Part shown: piece after piece, positions 38,401 to 41,700 of the stretch
Layout of the letters: every line of letters starts with the position of its first letter
Numbering within the stretch: position 1 is the stretch's first letter
Notes under the pieces: model-generated
What the model saw: only the letters and a program-made list of their open reading frames with translations
What the model was told of the DNA's origin: nothing
The model's database searches: none
Translations under genes and position numbers: made by a program
From: Eremomyces bilateralis CBS 781.70
Taxonomy: Eukaryota
Strand: one strand, 5' to 3'
Length of the DNA: 41,700 bases
Assembly: GCA_010015585.1 (NCBI GenBank)
Contig: ML975191.1

Positions 38401-38691
38401 CTTGCGTCGTCGTCTGGTTACGTACGGACTCCAAGTCGACGAGGATCAAGATCTCCGGCTTTAAGAGCTAGGAGGTCTGAGTCGGTCGGAACTAGCAATA
38501 GGCCAATAAGGTATTTATAACGTACTTTAAACATGTTTCGATTATATTAACCTTCTAGTGAAAACTCTCTACCGCGCCTCCAGCGCGTAGCCGTAGAAAG
38601 GGAGCAAGACTTAGCTACGCGTAGACAAGAACTAGAGCTCCGCCAATTGGCCGCTCAGTGTCAAGGGCCCAAACCACAAAGGATTTGGTAA
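35481..38691 (+). pseudogene. Mutator(MULE)-like DDE transposase gene, 15 exons and 14 introns of 47-62 nt, about 824 aa; one 7-bp frameshift; C-terminus runs into an LTR
   Basis: Introns 35485-35536, 35656-35707, 35873-35934, 36177-36227, 36325-36379, 36588-36639, 36862-36908, 37119-37167, 37349-37401, 37588-37640, 37857-37909, 38109-38159, 38282-38332, 38511-38558; motifs C..GTHTHPPP, FEVDMSFKR, VVMDMC, FCRVHFFR, HTNAVEQ. Confidence 0.75.
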
Positions 38692-38846
38692 GCTGGTAAC
38701 GCTGTTGAATTGCTAAAGAGAGAAGGAGAAGATCTCTCTCACTGCGATCTGCTATTTACATCTGTGGACAAACGGTCTACCCATCCCTTCTGCCTTAGGC
38801 CGCAAGGCCACAACACACAGACTGGGCAAAGCCCAAGACTGTCACA
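38659..38846 (-). mobile_element. Probable solo LTR (188 bp) overlapping the end of the transposase frame
   Basis: Reads tgtgac...ccttgaca on the minus strand; TATA-like tgtaaata; no TSD (ctcag/aatgg). Confidence 0.7.
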
Positions 38847-39124
38847 AATGGAGACGATTCGGAACATAGCCTGCTAGAGTTCGCCGCGGACCGATCCCTC
38901 AATAGCGGAATTAGGCATAATACAGATAGAGGAGTCGTCGACCTCCTCTTCGACTGGAAAAGGAATATGGCAGAAATCTGCGGGCCTCGCGCCGCCATCA
39001 GACCGGTGGGCGAGAATATCGGAGCAAATGTGCATGGCCGGGCTTGGGGAAACAGAAGAGAGGGATTTCTCAGAGTTAACCACTGCACCAAATGGACCAC
39101 CTTATGGTACGCCCCCGCGCCATA

Positions 39125-39171
39125 AGGCATCAAACTGAATTCACCCTCTACTTCAACTTCGATCCTTCGCA
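39125..39171 (-). mobile_element. Terminal fragment of the 16853/24878 LTR family
   Basis: aggcatcaaactgaattca...ttcgatccttcgca resembles 17021-17056. Confidence 0.55.
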
Positions 39172-39276
39172 GGGATGCGATATCTATTCTCCAACTCCTT
39201 AAAGCACAAGGAAACCAAGACCTACAAGCATCTCAACCGCTCTCCCCTTCACCGCCTTCCCACTTCTCATACCACC

Positions 39277-40223
39277 CTAAGCCCACATCTTCATCGGCTT
39301 CACGTTGCCCGCCGTATCCGACGACGCAAACTGCCACCACCCGGGATGCCTCAGCATAAACACATTCGCCAACCCCATCTTCACTAGACCGGGAATTGGT
39401 GGCCAATTCATCCACAAACCGTCCTCAAACTCTCGATCCATATGCAGCAGCAAAAACACAAATACATCCGTGTACCCCGCATTCGTTATACTCGTCCTCC
39501 CCCAGTCCTCGAACGCCTTCGCCGCCTTTTCCGTCGGCTCCGGCCCGGCCGCCAGCGCTGCGATGGTCTTGATCTCCGAGTGAAAATGCGACTGAAACGG
39601 CTCAAGGAACGCGTCCATCTTGTCGCGGAGAGTCTGCGGCTTGAACGACGCCGGCTCCTGCGCGGAGGCGTGCAGGTAGTCGGACATCGTCTGGACGCCG
39701 GAGACGAAGGCCTCGTGCTCGCCAAGGGTGTCGTCGAAATAGCCGGGCTTCTTCATTTCGGCCTCGACGTGCGGGAAGAGGTCGCGTTCCTCGGCCTCGG
39801 CGTGCGAGATGACGAGCTTCGTCCACGCGCTGGCGTAGCCGATGAAGTTGGCGTGCTGGGCGGCGGGCACGGAAAGGGCTTGGTTGTAGATGCTATTAAA
39901 GCCGCGGAAGACGGCATTGTGCATCAAGGCCATATGGGAGGCGCCGGTAGTGAAGGTGTTGTTCTGGGAAAAGTTAGCGGCTTGCTTCACGCTCGCCAGG
40001 GGGGTAATCAGGTTGAATAAGCGGGTGAAGATAAATGGCGTACCTTTTTGGTCTCATATATGGGTGTATGCACAAGTGGGACCGGGCCCTCGACCCACGA
40101 CTTGTCGACGGTACTAGACATGGCTCTCTTATCCGTTTGCAGGTAGTAGTTGAAGGAGCCTCCGAGAATAAGCGCAGCGGTTATAGGAACACCAAAGGCG
40201 AGGATCGAGCGTAACCTAGGCAT
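39277..40223 (-). CDS. Hemerythrin/HHE cation-binding domain protein; intron 39964-40043; start 40223 (288 aa) or 40121 (254 aa)
   Basis: MALMHNAVFRGFNSIY; HAEAEERDLFP; EHEAF; HFHSEI; gtacgc..gctaac..cag intron. Confidence 0.85.
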
Positions 40224-40252
40224 GTATATGCGCACACTCCACCAAATGTACC

Positions 40253-40424
40253 TGTGATGGATCAGAGGTCCGCAGACCTGGATGCCTTGTGGCCCTGTGG
40301 CCCGTTTGCTCTGTAAACACCAGAACAGATAAACGCCTCGCACACCTTAGATAGATTCCTCCTTCATAGCAACAATTCAATGTTTGCCTCACGATTGGAG
40401 ATTCCCGACAGTGAGACTCTTACA
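40253..40424 (+). mobile_element. Solo LTR (172 bp), no TSD
   Basis: tgtgatgg...cttaca; flanks gtacc/gatcg; related copies at 15397 and 32567. Confidence 0.85.
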
Positions 40425-41083
40425 GATCGTATGCTCTTTTCTCGTATTCGAAGGTTTTCCAGAGCCATTGTATGTCAGGGTTCGTCTCATTTCTAGATGG
40501 ACTAGGAGGAAGAGCAGGATCCTTATGGACAGGTTGCTTTACTGCTTCCTTTCCTTCTGAGGCAGGGCTTTCGACGAAGGTTGGGTTGACGTAGTCCCAA
40601 ACTTTGATGCGTTGGGCGTAGTTCTTGATCTCTTCGTACCAGTCGATCCAGTTGGTGATATCCTTCAACGGGTTCTGGATAGTGACCGTATAATTGGAAT
40701 TGGTAGAAGAAGACATTGTGAAAATGTCGCTATAATAGGACAGTTCCTAGACGTAGGTAGGAATGGAGTCTCTCGGGATGTCGTCGAGGGACGCGGAAGC
40801 GGGCGGAAGACGATGCTTTGGCGGAGCAACGGTCTATATTAAGATCAATCGGAAAGCTGATATAGAGATCGAGCTTCAAGGCAAATTGGGCTTATAACTG
40901 TTGATCGTTTTGGCGTGTCAATCAATCACGGAAACAATAGGATACCTGTTCAGAGGCAGTGAGATGCTTGTATTCGATCAGAAGTACATAGTTTACCTTG
41001 ACGGGTATATATACCCAGGGCTTATGTAATCTTATGTAATCTACAAGGTGCGGTGACTAAGTAATAGCCGCGGAGTTCCGACA
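40425..41083 (-). mobile_element. Truncated copy of the 18388 Copia (5' LTR 40899-41083, leader, gag N-terminus from 40716)
   Basis: Near-identical reverse complement of 18388 to about 19046. Confidence 0.95.
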
Positions 41084-41384
41084 TGACTCCGCTGGTTTCA
41101 TTCCCTGGTTGTAATAAAGACGGCCTGAGCTGTACATTGAAACGTTTTGGAGTAGCTTATCAGTTATTGTGCCTCCAACCTGTACAATTTTGCCTTCTCC
41201 CGCATAATTCTTGATAAGGGCAGGTTGTTTGCCGATAATTGAAAATTGTGTGGCACTGCCCCCTCCACTGTACGGGTTTTCCCGGCGGCGTGCACGGTCC
41301 CACCTCGTGCACGATTCTCAAAGTATATCACGATCTGTGTTTGAAGCCATTCACACCCATATAAATAACATATGGATAAAGAGA

Positions 41385-41700
41385 GAACATTTTTCTGCAA
41401 AACAGCCCACAACTTGGAAATTAGCTGAGATTATGATCGTAATCGATTCTTCACACTTCATTCAATTATAATCAACTATTGCAGCCCTCCCAAATAATGG
41501 TTGGAGGGCGCATGAGGGGGAAAGGCCCGCAGGCCAAAGACGCGTCCCCGACGCGTCCCCAGCAGGCGGACCACCCACGACCCAACACCCGCAACGGAGT
41601 GGGAGAACAAAATGGACGGATGGATGAGGGGCGGATGCTCCAAATTATGGAAAACCATATAAAACTCGCGTTGGAGAGCTGCCGTGGATGGGCTGGGGCG
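41385..41700 (+). mobile_element. 5' end of a third, much less RIP-mutated LINE copy (runs off the window)
   Basis: Colinear with 26585-26900; has TG/CA where that copy has TA. Confidence 0.93.

Noticed and set aside
35485..38558. Intron motif as a heat-shock element, MCB box or p53-type site
   Set aside because: GAA/TTC spacing does not fit an HSE; resemblance to ACGCGT and RRRCATGYYY is real but covers only some variants and cannot identify a factor from sequence alone
39305..40020. Long antisense and alternate-frame ORFs over the hemerythrin gene (and similar ones over Copia pol and the reductases)
   Set aside because: Expected shadows of coding sequence; no independent motifs
41374..41383. 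ggataaagag shared with 31861-31870 as a LINE target consensus
   Set aside because: Only 10 bp, at different offsets from the insertion points, and absent at the third copy
1..41700. Starship element boundary or captain gene
   Set aside because: No tyrosine-recombinase-like ORF recognised in this window; the cargo idea remains untested

Overview
Transposon-dense, RIP-affected region of a filamentous ascomycete (inferred from short GT-AG introns with CTRAY branch sites, a Zn2Cys6 factor, and CpA/TpG->TpA differences between repeat copies). Most of the window is nested mobile DNA: three copies of a Tad1-like LINE, two opposed Ty3/Gypsy chromovirus fragments, a PIF/Harbinger-type MITE, a near-intact Ty1/Copia nested in a deleted sister Copia plus a third truncated copy, an hAT DNA transposon, and many solo or partial LTRs. 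Three gene islands survive: (1) an NAD(P)-dependent reductase, an SDR and a Zn2Cys6 regulator (10.2-14.9 kb); (2) a divergent pair, a PD-(D/E)XK nuclease-like gene and a 15-exon Mutator-like DDE transposase gene (33-38.7 kb); (3) a hemerythrin/HHE gene (39.3-40.2 kb). The most unusual signal is that most of the 14 tiny introns of the Mutator-like gene are built from an 8-bp palindrome (AACRYGTT) repeated with 11-nt phasing. Also notable: a Copia derivative whose integrase deletion has GT-AG intron-like borders, a 95-bp duplication around a truncated LINE, and many LTRs without target-site duplications at truncation junctions. All gene models and alignments were made by eye; no searches were run.
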